From sequence record OP555982.1: DNA of 64,000 nt; one strand, written 5' to 3'. Below, piece after piece: positions 19,368 through 29,160 of the stretch (positions are counted from its first letter, which is position 1; every line of letters starts with the position of its first letter). Origin of the DNA: Escherichia phage vB_EcoM-UFV11. The notes below the pieces were generated by a model. That model saw only the letters and a program-made list of their open reading frames with translations. It did no database searches and was not told the DNA's origin. The position numbers and the translations under genes are program-made.

Positions 19368-20794
19368 TAAAATTTTAATTCATTTGCCAAAGCATCTAAC
19401 TGAGCTCGAGCTGATTCGTTTCTTTGATAGCGATTCTGTTCAGCCTGAATCTGCTGTGAACCTGCTACTTCACTCACTTCGGTTGGAGTAGAATCTTGTT
19501 CAATTTCTACCCATTTTTGATTTCCTTTTTGAACACCCATCAAAAACTTATTCCACTTATTCTTATCACCATATCGTGATTTGATTTGCTTAATGAGTTG
19601 TTGTTCAGCAGCTGCTAGCTCCTCGGTTTCAATGACCGCAAGCATAAAATCAGCTGTTGCTGGAAGACCAGCAGATTCTGCAATATCGCTCATGTTAACA
19701 TCGGAAGAGTCCCAAGCTTGTTTACCGACCTGTGCTGCAGTCCAAAGAACAGTTTCTGTTTCAACAGCCAGAGCACGTAATTCCTCTGCAATAGCTTTAA
19801 CAGTGGTGTAACTATTTTCTGAATAAACTCTAATGCGGCAAGATTTACAAATACCTAGATAGTCGACAATAATGATTGTTGGAACAAAATTCTTTTTGAG
19901 CTTCAATTCATTCAAGAGAGACCTGAATGTGTTAGCGTCTGCTCCACCAGTAGGATATTGCTTAACGATTAAACGACCGAGAGTAGATTTCTCACGCCAT
20001 TTTTCCATTTTTCCTTTATACTCGGCATAAGAAATATGTCCATCATCAATATCGTCAAGAGAAACATCGAGCATGTTAGCATCAATACGTTTAGCACAGA
20101 CTTCTTCTGCCATTTCCATGGAGATATAAAGAACGTTATGACCAAGCTGCAAATAATCTGCTGCTAATGAACAAAGTCCTAATGATTTACCAACGTTAAC
20201 GCCAGCCATTAAAACGTTCAGTGTTCCAGTCTCAGCTCCGCCTTTAGTAATTTTGTTTAGAATTCTGAGTTTAAATGGAACCTTACGAGCTTTATTCATA
20301 TAAGATAGCCAACGCGCTTCATAGTCATCCATCCAATCATGACCAACGTAGCTATCAAATGAAATTGATAATGCTTGGCGCATGATGTCAGGAATAGCAC
20401 CTACATCTGGCATTTTCTTATTTCGTTTTTCCGGAGGAAGCTCAGCATTAGTTTGAATTTCAATTATTTTAGATGTGGCGTTAAACATCGCCCTTTGCTG
20501 AACATATTTTTCTGTTTCTTTTACTAACCAGCTATGGTCTTCCGGAGAATCGGCCAGTTTTGAAATAAGTGTTTTTACACCAGAATATTCTGTTTCAGTA
20601 AATGAACTATTTTCTAATGCAACATTTAACGCATTAATAGATGGAACGTTATGGTATTCATTAACATGAGATTTAATTAATTTGAATGTATTTTTAGCTG
20701 GACCACTTTCAAAATATTCTGAATCCATATATGGCCAAACTTTTGAAAAATAAGCTTGATCAAATATGAGATGAGAAAGAATAATTTCTACCAC
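19367..20794 (-). CDS. 41: replicative DNA helicase gp41 (475 aa)
   Basis: DnaB-family motifs; GTG start at 20794 with SD AAGGAG. Confidence 0.93.
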   Translation of the reverse strand: MVEIILSHLIFDQAYFSKVWPYMDSEYFESGPAKNTFKLIKSHVNEYHNVPSINALNVALENSSFTETEYSGVKTLISKLADSPEDHSWLVKETEKYVQQRAMFNATSKIIEIQTNAELPPEKRNKKMPDVGAIPDIMRQALSISFDSYVGHDWMDDYEARWLSYMNKARKVPFKLRILNKITKGGAETGTLNVLMAGVNVGKSLGLCSLAADYLQLGHNVLYISMEMAEEVCAKRIDANMLDVSLDDIDDGHISYAEYKGKMEKWREKSTLGRLIVKQYPTGGADANTFRSLLNELKLKKNFVPTIIIVDYLGICKSCRIRVYSENSYTTVKAIAEELRALAVETETVLWTAAQVGKQAWDSSDVNMSDIAESAGLPATADFMLAVIETEELAAAEQQLIKQIKSRYGDKNKWNKFLMGVQKGNQKWVEIEQDSTPTEVSEVAGSQQIQAEQNRYQRNESARAQLDALANELKF

Positions 20795-20803
20795 ACTTAC
20801 TCC

Positions 20804-21166
20804 TTAAAAGAATTTAAATTTTTTCTTTGACCTTTTATTAAATGCATCTTGTAGTTGCATTGTAATACATTTTTCTACATGAGGAGCTAACTCAGCTTTT
20901 CTTTCTTGGTCAAGAACAGCAAAGTCCATTACGACTTTTCCATCAACCCAATCTAATTTTGTCACATACACAATGTGTGTAGAACCGTCTTCTAGTTTAA
21001 TGACAATCTCCTGGATAACATTTTCCATGGCAGATTTAATTATCTTAAGAGATTCATTAAAAAGACGTTCTTTTCTTTCTTCTTCCCCCTCCGAAGAGGG
21101 GGATTCATCGATAATTTTTAGATCTAAATCTAAATCATCTTTATTCATTAAATTCTTCCATATCAC
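20804..21166 (-). CDS. 40: gp40-like protein
   Basis: 120-aa ORF between uvsX and 41. Confidence 0.55.
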   Translation of the reverse strand: MIWKNLMNKDDLDLDLKIIDESPSSEGEEERKERLFNESLKIIKSAMENVIQEIVIKLEDGSTHIVYVTKLDWVDGKVVMDFAVLDQERKAELAPHVEKCITMQLQDAFNKRSKKKFKFF

Positions 21167-22322
21167 TTAACTGATCTAGGTCAGTTTCTAAATCAGCTGC
21201 TGATTTACTTTTACTTTCTGGAGATTTAAATTTTTCAACCTTTGAGTTAATCAATTCATCAACTTCAGCTTCAACAATTTCATTACTATCAATAGCACCT
21301 AACTGATAAGCACGTTTAATAGCATCTCGGAACGGTTGATGCTTAAATAAAGGACCCCAGAATGTAGTGCAATTGGTATCTTTTGCACGCCAAGATTTTT
21401 CTTCGCGAATCATCTCGCCGGTTTCTTCGTCAAGAAATTCACGAGCATACCAGCCATTTTTAGGTTTTACCACAAATCCTAATTCTAAAGCCATATCTAA
21501 CAATCCAGAATAAGGATCGATGCCACCGTCAAATTTAACATCAATAAAGAATTTACTTTTTTCTTTGACGGTACGAGATTTTTCTACATTTAGAACAAAT
21601 TGATACCCCTGAAGATCAGAACCATCTTTAATCTGGCGCTTACCGATAATGAATACGGTATCAGCCGAATACATTACACCTGTACCACCTGTCATCACGG
21701 TTTTACTAAACATTTCAATTGTTTCAATTGTGTGGTTAACCGCAACACATGGAATATTTTTAATACTAAAATAAGGAGTAACAATACGGAATAATGACTT
21801 CAGTGATTTAGCACGAGTCATATCTGCCACAGATTTTTCATTCAAGGCATCTTCCGTTTCTTTCTTAGAAGCCATATTACCGATTGAGTCGATGAATACA
21901 ATAACTTTTTCACCACGCTCAATAGCTTCAAGCTGATTCACCATATCAATTTTCAGCTGTTCAACTGACTGAATTGGTGTATGAATTACTCGTTCCGGAT
22001 CAACTCCCATGGATCGCAAATAAGCTGGAGTAATACCAAATTCGCTATCATAGAATAGACACACCGCGTCAGGATATTTGTTCAAATACGCCGCAACCAT
22101 AGTCAAAGACATATTTGATTTAAAGTGTTTAGAAGGACCTGCAAAAATGGTTAAACCAGACTGCATACCACCATCAATCGCACCTGAAATAGCGATATTA
22201 AGCATTGGGATTTTTGTACGGATTACATCCTTTTCATTAAAGAATTTAGATGTAGTCAGTTCAGCAGTCATTTTAGAAGTGGAAGCTTTAATCAAACGGG
22301 ATTTTAAATCTGCAATAGACAT
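21141..22322 (-). CDS. uvsX: UvsX recombinase (RecA-like)
   Basis: 393-aa ORF; Walker A GPSKHFKS; matches recalled T4 UvsX. Confidence 0.95.
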   Translation of the reverse strand: MSIADLKSRLIKASTSKMTAELTTSKFFNEKDVIRTKIPMLNIAISGAIDGGMQSGLTIFAGPSKHFKSNMSLTMVAAYLNKYPDAVCLFYDSEFGITPAYLRSMGVDPERVIHTPIQSVEQLKIDMVNQLEAIERGEKVIVFIDSIGNMASKKETEDALNEKSVADMTRAKSLKSLFRIVTPYFSIKNIPCVAVNHTIETIEMFSKTVMTGGTGVMYSADTVFIIGKRQIKDGSDLQGYQFVLNVEKSRTVKEKSKFFIDVKFDGGIDPYSGLLDMALELGFVVKPKNGWYAREFLDEETGEMIREEKSWRAKDTNCTTFWGPLFKHQPFRDAIKRAYQLGAIDSNEIVEAEVDELINSKVEKFKSPESKSKSAADLETDLDQLSDMEEFNE

Positions 22323-22375
22323 TCATTTTTTCCATAGGCATCATTATATTTTCCTCACTGGTTAAAGATAAAGTA

Positions 22376-22402
22376 ATTATAACACAATAAATTTAGGCAT
22401 TA
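22376..22402 (-). promoter_or_regulatory. MotA-dependent middle promoter
   Basis: minus strand TAATGCCTAAA then 12 nt then TATAAT upstream of uvsX. Confidence 0.5.
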
Positions 22403-23248
22403 ATCAACTGCTATTGGATGAATAGCATTAAACTTATGAAACGCTTCTGATTTTTCTTTGCGCGAAACACACATGCGAAGAACCTTTAATGGCTCGTCTT
22501 CTTCACCCAACGATTTTCTCTTTTCAATATTAGAAGTTTTCCAACGAGCTTGCTCTGGAAACTCTCTATTGATTTGCTCAAGAGCTCTATTATGTTTTGA
22601 ATTACTACGAATTGAACTACATCCGCCTGGAGCTTGTGCTTTTCCAGATACAACCAGATATTTGAACAAGGCCAAATGCGGATAACCTTGATTAATTAAA
22701 TTGAGAAATGCATACATATCTTCGCATAAATCAATTTTTCCATACCCAATTTGTTCTGTTGTAAGTTTCCCGAGGTCATACCAAGTATTCGTGAATCCAT
22801 ATGAATTTTCACGATAATTACCCCAAGATGAAGTAATTTTAAAAATTGGTAAACGAGCATGGCCATGATAATACCCGCAATCCATGGCATCTTCAACGTA
22901 TTGAATCAATTCATAGAACTGTTCACGAGTTAACTGATTAATTTTATCTACGCAGCGACGGTCATCTTTCTTTCGCATTGAACTCATACGAATAGTAGTA
23001 TCATCGTCAATCATCCAAATTCGTTGACCTGCATACATATCAGTAATTGCTTTACGAGTACCAGCAATTCCGTTAACATCATCAGGAATAGTTATAATTT
23101 TAGCTCTAGACCCGTAAGCGTCATAATAAGCTTTTTCTTCGTGTTCACGTACTACAATATGTGGTTCATAATCAGTCGGAAACATATCAAGGGCAGAAAC
23201 TGCCCCTACGCGTTGATAGCTTGGAATTACGAATTGAATCATTTCCAC
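22400..23248 (-). CDS. putative GT-A fold glycosyltransferase (candidate hmC-DNA sugar transferase)
   Basis: 282-aa ORF; VIPSYQR and DXD (IWMIDDDTT) motifs; sits where T4 has beta-gt. Confidence 0.5.
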   Translation of the reverse strand: MEMIQFVIPSYQRVGAVSALDMFPTDYEPHIVVREHEEKAYYDAYGSRAKIITIPDDVNGIAGTRKAITDMYAGQRIWMIDDDTTIRMSSMRKKDDRRCVDKINQLTREQFYELIQYVEDAMDCGYYHGHARLPIFKITSSWGNYRENSYGFTNTWYDLGKLTTEQIGYGKIDLCEDMYAFLNLINQGYPHLALFKYLVVSGKAQAPGGCSSIRSNSKHNRALEQINREFPEQARWKTSNIEKRKSLGEEDEPLKVLRMCVSRKEKSEAFHKFNAIHPIAVD

Positions 23249-23979
23249 TCACCGTTATAATCTTTTTTCGCAATATGAGTTTCGCCAGTTTTCCACCAAT
23301 GGTCAACCAAATAAAAATGACGGGAATACACATGAAGGCTCCCGACATTCCATATAATGGAACCTGCTTTATACTGACGGGTTGAATCACCTGCATTCAA
23401 ATCAGATACTAATTTATCTAGTACGTATTTTTGCCATGCATAATCATTACGGAATCCGAAGACCACGTCATTTGAACGCATGCTTACTACTGCATTGACT
23501 TTCTTATCACGAATCAGGTACTGTACTGTATTCGTACACATGAAATCTGACATACCATCTTTATTGTAGTCAAACTGCATGGATGGACGAGTATAAATCA
23601 TGATACCACGCCGAGAATCAGGATTTTGACCAAGTTCAGCTAAACACATATCATACTGAGCATAGTTATCTTCTGACCAAATAGCCCAACCATAATTCGA
23701 GTTAATTTCGCCTTTAGAAGATGCTACCTGTTGCCAAATCTTCGGTGTTTCACCTGGAATATCTTTAACAAACAGGCTTTGAGACTTATACCATTCAAGT
23801 TCACGCTGAATGTATTCATCATTAAGAGCGCCAAAAATAAAAGGTTCATCTGCTACAAATGATGCACCAATAATTTCAATAGTTTTAACACCAGTTTTAT
23901 CAATTACGAAATCTTTTTCCTTTAATGCAAGACCCAAATCAAGACGGATTTCTTCAACTGTCATATAATCGTTAATCAT
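23239..23979 (-). CDS. 42: dCMP hydroxymethylase gp42 (246 aa)
   Basis: 246-aa ORF matching recalled T4 gp42. Confidence 0.95.
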   Translation of the reverse strand: MINDYMTVEEIRLDLGLALKEKDFVIDKTGVKTIEIIGASFVADEPFIFGALNDEYIQRELEWYKSQSLFVKDIPGETPKIWQQVASSKGEINSNYGWAIWSEDNYAQYDMCLAELGQNPDSRRGIMIYTRPSMQFDYNKDGMSDFMCTNTVQYLIRDKKVNAVVSMRSNDVVFGFRNDYAWQKYVLDKLVSDLNAGDSTRQYKAGSIIWNVGSLHVYSRHFYLVDHWWKTGETHIAKKDYNGEWK

Positions 23980-23986
23980 TTAAACC

Positions 23987-24136
23987 TCAATTGATGCATT
24001 CATATTTAATTTGTAACAGTAATAAACCCCAACCTATAATAAGTGTCGGAATCATACAAGGAACCGTTACGCTATAGTATATACTTATTATAATCATCAA
24101 GATTAAAAGCAATACTGCTAAAATTTTGCTTTTCAT
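23987..24136 (-). CDS. small hydrophobic membrane protein
   Basis: 49-aa ORF; ATG overlaps imm stop (ATGA). Confidence 0.35.
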   Translation of the reverse strand: MKSKILAVLLLILMIIISIYYSVTVPCMIPTLIIGWGLLLLQIKYECIN

Positions 24137-24384
24137 TCCTTCTCTCTGATGATAATTACTTGATTTGGTTGTACAGATTTTTTAGTTTCACCTGCAATTG
24201 ACCAAATAAATGTAATAAACCAACCAATGATTGACCAGTTAAACAGTAAAGATGTGAAAAAGATTCCTACTGTCGATTTTGACCCACGCATCAAGGCGAT
24301 GAACCATGGAAGCATGTATATAATAATAGCCAACACGCCTGAAACTAAAACCATAAAAATTGAACCTGCTACTAAAGTTTCCAT
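24133..24384 (-). CDS. imm: immunity to superinfection protein Imm (83 aa)
   Basis: 83-aa two-TM membrane protein. Confidence 0.85.
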   Translation of the reverse strand: METLVAGSIFMVLVSGVLAIIIYMLPWFIALMRGSKSTVGIFFTSLLFNWSIIGWFITFIWSIAGETKKSVQPNQVIIIREKE

Positions 24385-24391
24385 ATTTTCC

Positions 24392-24772
24392 TCACTTAGT
24401 CAAATTTTTTACGCATGAATTATAAGAATTCACTACATACTCCATCGGAGCATTTTTACCTGTACGCCATTGGTAATTATTAGCCCAATTAGCCCAAAGC
24501 TCAGCGCAGTAGTTTTCAATTTTTTCTTCGCGTGTAATTACATCTGAATTACGATATGCTTGAGCAGATTCATCTGGGCGAATAGCTTCGTCAAAATTCG
24601 CCTGCATCTGTTCTACTGTCTGTTTTGGAGCTTCTTTATAACACTTAACATTAGGATTATAAAATTTGCTTGAACAGTTTACAATTTTTCCTACATCAGA
24701 TTGATTTACTACCGGTCCTTGAGCTACACAGCCAGTAAGACCTAATGCAATAACCAAAATAGCGATTTTCAT
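24392..24772 (-). CDS. putative lipoprotein (imm.1 position)
   Basis: 126-aa ORF, signal peptide with lipobox LTGC. Confidence 0.6.
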   Translation of the reverse strand: MKIAILVIALGLTGCVAQGPVVNQSDVGKIVNCSSKFYNPNVKCYKEAPKQTVEQMQANFDEAIRPDESAQAYRNSDVITREEKIENYCAELWANWANNYQWRTGKNAPMEYVVNSYNSCVKNLTK

Positions 24773-24782
24773 AATAATTTCC

Positions 24783-25019
24783 TCAAATACAAGTAGTAAT
24801 TACTCCAGTAGTGCTTACACAGGTATTACCTAATTGAACACCCAACGTTCCATTAGTATTCATATGAAGATTATCATCAATTTTTGTTGATACTTTACCA
24901 TTCATGTGAATAATAGTATTAGATTCAATCACATTCTGAGTGTCATTTTCAATATCAATAAATGGAACAGTTGCTAATGCAACTAAACACACTGCTAAAC
25001 AACCATAAACAATTTTCAT
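24783..25019 (-). CDS. hypothetical secreted/membrane protein
   Basis: ATG at 25019 after conserved leader GGAGAATAAAATG; N-terminal hydrophobic segment. Confidence 0.5.
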   Translation of the reverse strand: MKIVYGCLAVCLVALATVPFIDIENDTQNVIESNTIIHMNGKVSTKIDDNLHMNTNGTLGVQLGNTCVSTTGVITTCI

Positions 25020-25053
25020 TTTATTCTCCAAATCCGTATCAGTTGATAGTTGT

Positions 25054-25083
25054 ATAGTACCATGGAAGAACGGGGATGTAAAT
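25054..25083 (-). promoter_or_regulatory. T4-type early promoter with conserved leader
   Basis: minus strand ATTTACATCCCCGTTCTTCCATGGTACTAT; 42-bp leader identical to 52671-52712. Confidence 0.5.
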
Positions 25084-25170
25084 AGTTTTGTGAAAAAATT
25101 TTTAATGAATTTACAGGACCTAGAATCATCTATTTTTCCTAAGTATAGATTTATATTACTTGTATGAAAA

Positions 25171-25188
25171 AGGGACCCGGAGGTCCCT
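25171..25188 (-). terminator. hairpin GGGACC-UCCG-GGUCCC
   Basis: perfect 6-bp stem downstream of gene 43 stop. Confidence 0.5.
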
Positions 25189-25200
25189 AGATTTATTCTA

Positions 25201-27897
25201 TCAGCCAAACAGGAAGTCTAACGAAGCTTTTTCCTCATAGTCCATACCTGCCGATTCACACATGCCCGCAAGCGGTTTAACAAACGATTTTTGGAACAAA
25301 GTTGAGTAGTCAATCCAAGATAGTACGTCAGAACGAATTTCTTTTGGAAGTTCCGTACCCGATGGCCAAGCAATGCACTTGTCACCAAATGGATTTCCCT
25401 CACGTAACGGAAGAACCATTACCTTATTTCCATCCAAAATTGGAGCTACACCTAAACCGCTAACAGCTCGACGATAAGTTAGCACCCCACGAATATGGAA
25501 CGGGCATTTAAACCCTGGCCAACCTTTATCGTCATATTTCGCTATATCGTTCGCGGTTTTTACTTCAGCAATAACTTTATAGTCAAGTTGACGGTATTCT
25601 TTCTCAAAGTTCTTATAGTATTCTTGGACAGACTCTTCGCCTTCCTGAAGAATACGACGAATACTTTCTTCGAGAGCTTCTTGCACTGCTTTTGGTGTTG
25701 AACTCTGCTGAGTTTCCATACCCATGATTTTTAGATGTGGTTCAGCGAATCGCTTATCTTCCATATCATAAACGTTCAGAGCATAACGCTTTTTCGCTTT
25801 CCAAAATCCACCAACGCCCTTTGAACCAAGTGGAGGGCAAGAAATAGCTTCACGGTCCATATGCATCAGATGCTCGCGGTTATTCATATAATCACATAAC
25901 TCACGATATGCAACATCAATCATAGGTTCCATCTTTTTCTTACCGAACTGATTCATGAATTCAACTAAATCGTTCTGCTCTTTGAATCGGTCAAGACCAA
26001 CTTTTTCAATAACTTTATCTACACAAACATATACCGAATCAGTATCACCTGCTGCAATGAAATCTTCGCCATTAGTTCCGCACACTTTATTCAGATACTC
26101 ATTAATTTTACGAGCAATCCACTGAATACCAACTTGGCCGAAAATTGTGATAGCAGTAGCATTTCGCAAATCATAGTAACGGAAATGAATATTACCAAGA
26201 GCACCATAAAGACTGTTAATAAGAATTTTACGGTTCAGCTGATTTGTGTTAGCAAGTGTAGCTGCTTTTTCACATTCTTCAATCAAACTATTGAGAACAG
26301 ATTCAGTGTAATTCGATAATTCATTTAAGAAATCATCGCTGAACTTAACATATCGTTCAACTTCTGGTTTAGTTGAACAAGACCCTGCACCTTTCATAAT
26401 AATCTTTTTAATAGCTTCGGCATTCATTTCTTCAGCGAACATTTTCTTTTTCCAATCTTTACGCTGGAAAAATACTTTAGCGATTTCCTTTGGAATGATA
26501 CCTTCTTGATGCTTATCATACATCCATCCATTCGGAGAACAAGAATATTCATCACTTGGCTTAGGAGCTGTTCCTGCGATATATTCATGAATTGGATGAA
26601 CTTTAAACTGACCACGAATAGTTTCAGGACTAATGTTAACCTGGCGAATAATGCTCGGATACAGAGACGTCAAGTCAAAACTCATAATATATCGACGAGC
26701 AATTGGTTTAGGTTCAAACACAAATGCACCCGGAAAACTCTGTTTAACGTGTGAACCTTGTTGAGGAATAACCTTATGTTCACCTTTCAATGAGTTAAAA
26801 ATAATAGCATCCCAAGTTTTAATAGGACTCATTACACCAGAAAAAGGCATTTTAGCGTAATAAGACATACTTAAAACTAGATCAATAAACCCACGAATTT
26901 TATCAATTGCTTGAACTGATTCTACGTCAATGATGTTATAACTAATGTATCGTTGATGATTAGTCTCACGAAGTTTATTAATAGGACCGTCGTATGGTAA
27001 TTTACCTTTTTTGGTTTCATGCTGAGCAACTGATTCCAAAGAGAATGACGGCAAATTAGTAAATGCGAATTTCTTATACAAATCTAAATAATCAAGAATA
27101 GATACGCCATCAATAGAATAAATTTCTTTGCTACCGTACATATTTTGGATAAGTTTAGATTTTACTCGACCGATTGGAGAGAAGCGTTTCATACTGCGTT
27201 CACCAAGAACCATTTTAACGCGATTCATGATATACGGAACGTCAAATCCCTCAATATTCCAACCAGTAAAAATAGCAGGTCGTTTCTGTTCCCAGAGATT
27301 GATATATTCCATGAGCATATCACGCTCATTATCGAATGGCATATAAATTACTCGGTCAAGAATTTCTTGAGGAACTTCATCACCACCTTCACAGTCAAGC
27401 TTAGCAGCTAACTTTGCATCCCATTTTGATACTGAACCGTACATTGAATTCAAAAGGTCGAAAACATAAAAACGATCATCAATTGAATCATAATGAGTGA
27501 TAGCATCAATTTCATATTCTGCTTTCATTGGGTCAGGAAATTTATCACCAGTAACCTCAATGTCACAGTTAGCTACACGAACAAATTTTCGGTCATAAAC
27601 AATTTCTGAACCGTATGTATCACTGATATAAGCGAGTTTAAAATCGTTCATACCGAGAGCTTCGAGACCGATGTCTTCCATTCGCTTCATCCAATCTCGA
27701 GCATCTTTCATTGATGGAAATTTTTGAGGAGCGCAATTTTTACCATAGATGTCTTTGTATTTTGACTCTTCCTTACAATGCCTAAACATAGTTGGAAGAT
27801 ATTCTACTTCACGAGTACGTTCCTTTCCGTTTTCATCAATATAACGTTCAACAATGTTATTTCCGACTGTTTCAATAGAGATATAAAATTCTTTCAT
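25201..27897 (-). CDS. 43: DNA polymerase gp43 (898 aa, family B)
   Basis: 898-aa ORF; exonuclease and polymerase motifs (YGDTDS). Confidence 0.97.
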   Translation of the reverse strand: MKEFYISIETVGNNIVERYIDENGKERTREVEYLPTMFRHCKEESKYKDIYGKNCAPQKFPSMKDARDWMKRMEDIGLEALGMNDFKLAYISDTYGSEIVYDRKFVRVANCDIEVTGDKFPDPMKAEYEIDAITHYDSIDDRFYVFDLLNSMYGSVSKWDAKLAAKLDCEGGDEVPQEILDRVIYMPFDNERDMLMEYINLWEQKRPAIFTGWNIEGFDVPYIMNRVKMVLGERSMKRFSPIGRVKSKLIQNMYGSKEIYSIDGVSILDYLDLYKKFAFTNLPSFSLESVAQHETKKGKLPYDGPINKLRETNHQRYISYNIIDVESVQAIDKIRGFIDLVLSMSYYAKMPFSGVMSPIKTWDAIIFNSLKGEHKVIPQQGSHVKQSFPGAFVFEPKPIARRYIMSFDLTSLYPSIIRQVNISPETIRGQFKVHPIHEYIAGTAPKPSDEYSCSPNGWMYDKHQEGIIPKEIAKVFFQRKDWKKKMFAEEMNAEAIKKIIMKGAGSCSTKPEVERYVKFSDDFLNELSNYTESVLNSLIEECEKAATLANTNQLNRKILINSLYGALGNIHFRYYDLRNATAITIFGQVGIQWIARKINEYLNKVCGTNGEDFIAAGDTDSVYVCVDKVIEKVGLDRFKEQNDLVEFMNQFGKKKMEPMIDVAYRELCDYMNNREHLMHMDREAISCPPLGSKGVGGFWKAKKRYALNVYDMEDKRFAEPHLKIMGMETQQSSTPKAVQEALEESIRRILQEGEESVQEYYKNFEKEYRQLDYKVIAEVKTANDIAKYDDKGWPGFKCPFHIRGVLTYRRAVSGLGVAPILDGNKVMVLPLREGNPFGDKCIAWPSGTELPKEIRSDVLSWIDYSTLFQKSFVKPLAGMCESAGMDYEEKASLDFLFG

Positions 27898-27955
27898 AGA
27901 TATTCCTTAGTTTATAGCCCGAGTTATTAGGCTCTTGATATATTATACTCCAAAT

Positions 27956-27974
27956 AAGGGGCCGAAGCCCCTTT
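27956..27974 (-). terminator. hairpin GGGGC-UUCG-GCCCC
   Basis: UUCG tetraloop hairpin between upstream gene and gene 43. Confidence 0.45.
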
Positions 27975-27978
27975 GCTT

Positions 27979-28215
27979 TTAAATTTCTATTGTATGACGC
28001 GATATAACGGACTTGCCATCTTTATTTGTGGTTTTGATAATCGCATGAAATACGCGTTGGCGTGGGTAAACTAATCGTTGGAATTCTTTTTGGAATTCTA
28101 TTTGTTTATCTTCTGGGAGGTCAAAAACCAGTTGGGTAGAAGACAGACCATATGTTTGTTTTAGATTTTCGAATATTAGAAAAGCTTCGGTAAACTGAAT
28201 CTTTGATTGTGTCAT
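27979..28215 (-). CDS. hypothetical protein
   Basis: internal ATG at 28215 with SD AAGG; avoids overlap with regA. Confidence 0.45.
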   Translation of the reverse strand: MTQSKIQFTEAFLIFENLKQTYGLSSTQLVFDLPEDKQIEFQKEFQRLVYPRQRVFHAIIKTTNKDGKSVISRHTIEI

Positions 28216-28225
28216 ATAATTTACC

Positions 28226-28594
28226 TTAATTACCAATCGTATATTTAGGAACGAGTTTCCATTCATGTTTTTGTTTAAAAGAAATAACTCGGAAGTTATT
28301 AGTTAAATCTTTCATAAAAGTTCTTTGACCAGGAACGATTTCAATCAGTCCCCAATCTTCTAACAGCCATGCAATCGAATCACGACGAACTTCATCTTCT
28401 TCTGTCATTTCAACTTGACGGCCATCCATACGAAGCATTTCTTTAAAATGAACGATATAGTATAGTCCTTTTTTCTGGAGAATGTGGCAGGACTGATACA
28501 GAACTTTATCTTTATTATTAGCAATTCCCATACGAGTCAAAGTTTCTTTTACTTTCAGAAAATCTTCAGGTTTTTTAAGAGTAATTTCAATCAT
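28226..28594 (-). CDS. regA: translational repressor RegA (122 aa)
   Basis: 122-aa ORF MIEITLKKPEDFLKVKETLTRMGIANN. Confidence 0.88.
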   Translation of the reverse strand: MIEITLKKPEDFLKVKETLTRMGIANNKDKVLYQSCHILQKKGLYYIVHFKEMLRMDGRQVEMTEEDEVRRDSIAWLLEDWGLIEIVPGQRTFMKDLTNNFRVISFKQKHEWKLVPKYTIGN

Positions 28595-28595
28595 T

Positions 28596-29159
28596 TTACC
28601 ATTCCAATGCTAGTTTTTTGAGTTGTTTCTGTTCTTTTACATTCTTAGTCACTTCTTTTAAAAAATCATCCGTGACTAAACCTTTTAGTTCTTTTAATAC
28701 TAAAGGAAGTTTTCCATTTTTAGTAAGAATTGATTTATAGTTAATTGCATCATTTGTATTAACTTGATACCGCTTAGCAAGTAACTTAATAATCAATACT
28801 TCAGTAGAATCTTCGACCAGTTTTGCCCATTTACCATATCTTTTACCCCGAGGAACAGCAGCCATCAGGTAATTAAAATGGGCTTCATCGCTTAAACCTG
28901 ATCCAATTAAATTCATAGCATATACAGCTGGCATGCATTCAGGAAATTGTGATAATGCATTCTCAACCATGTATTTTGAATAATCTTTTTGAGCAATAGA
29001 GCATTTAGTTTTATTATTAATAGCTCCAATTATTTCAAAAAACTCATTTTCAGCTTTTTCTTTAAAAGAATCAGCAGCAGATTGGACAGCTGTCCAATCT
29101 TTTGAATACCAAGCAACTTGATGCTCGTTTAATTGAATATCATCTTCAAATAAGCTCAT
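28596..29159 (-). CDS. 62: clamp loader small subunit gp62 (187 aa)
   Basis: ATG at 29159 (MSLFEDDIQ) overlaps gp44 stop; T4 order. Confidence 0.85.
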   Translation of the reverse strand: MSLFEDDIQLNEHQVAWYSKDWTAVQSAADSFKEKAENEFFEIIGAINNKTKCSIAQKDYSKYMVENALSQFPECMPAVYAMNLIGSGLSDEAHFNYLMAAVPRGKRYGKWAKLVEDSTEVLIIKLLAKRYQVNTNDAINYKSILTKNGKLPLVLKELKGLVTDDFLKEVTKNVKEQKQLKKLALEW

Positions 29160-29160
29160 A

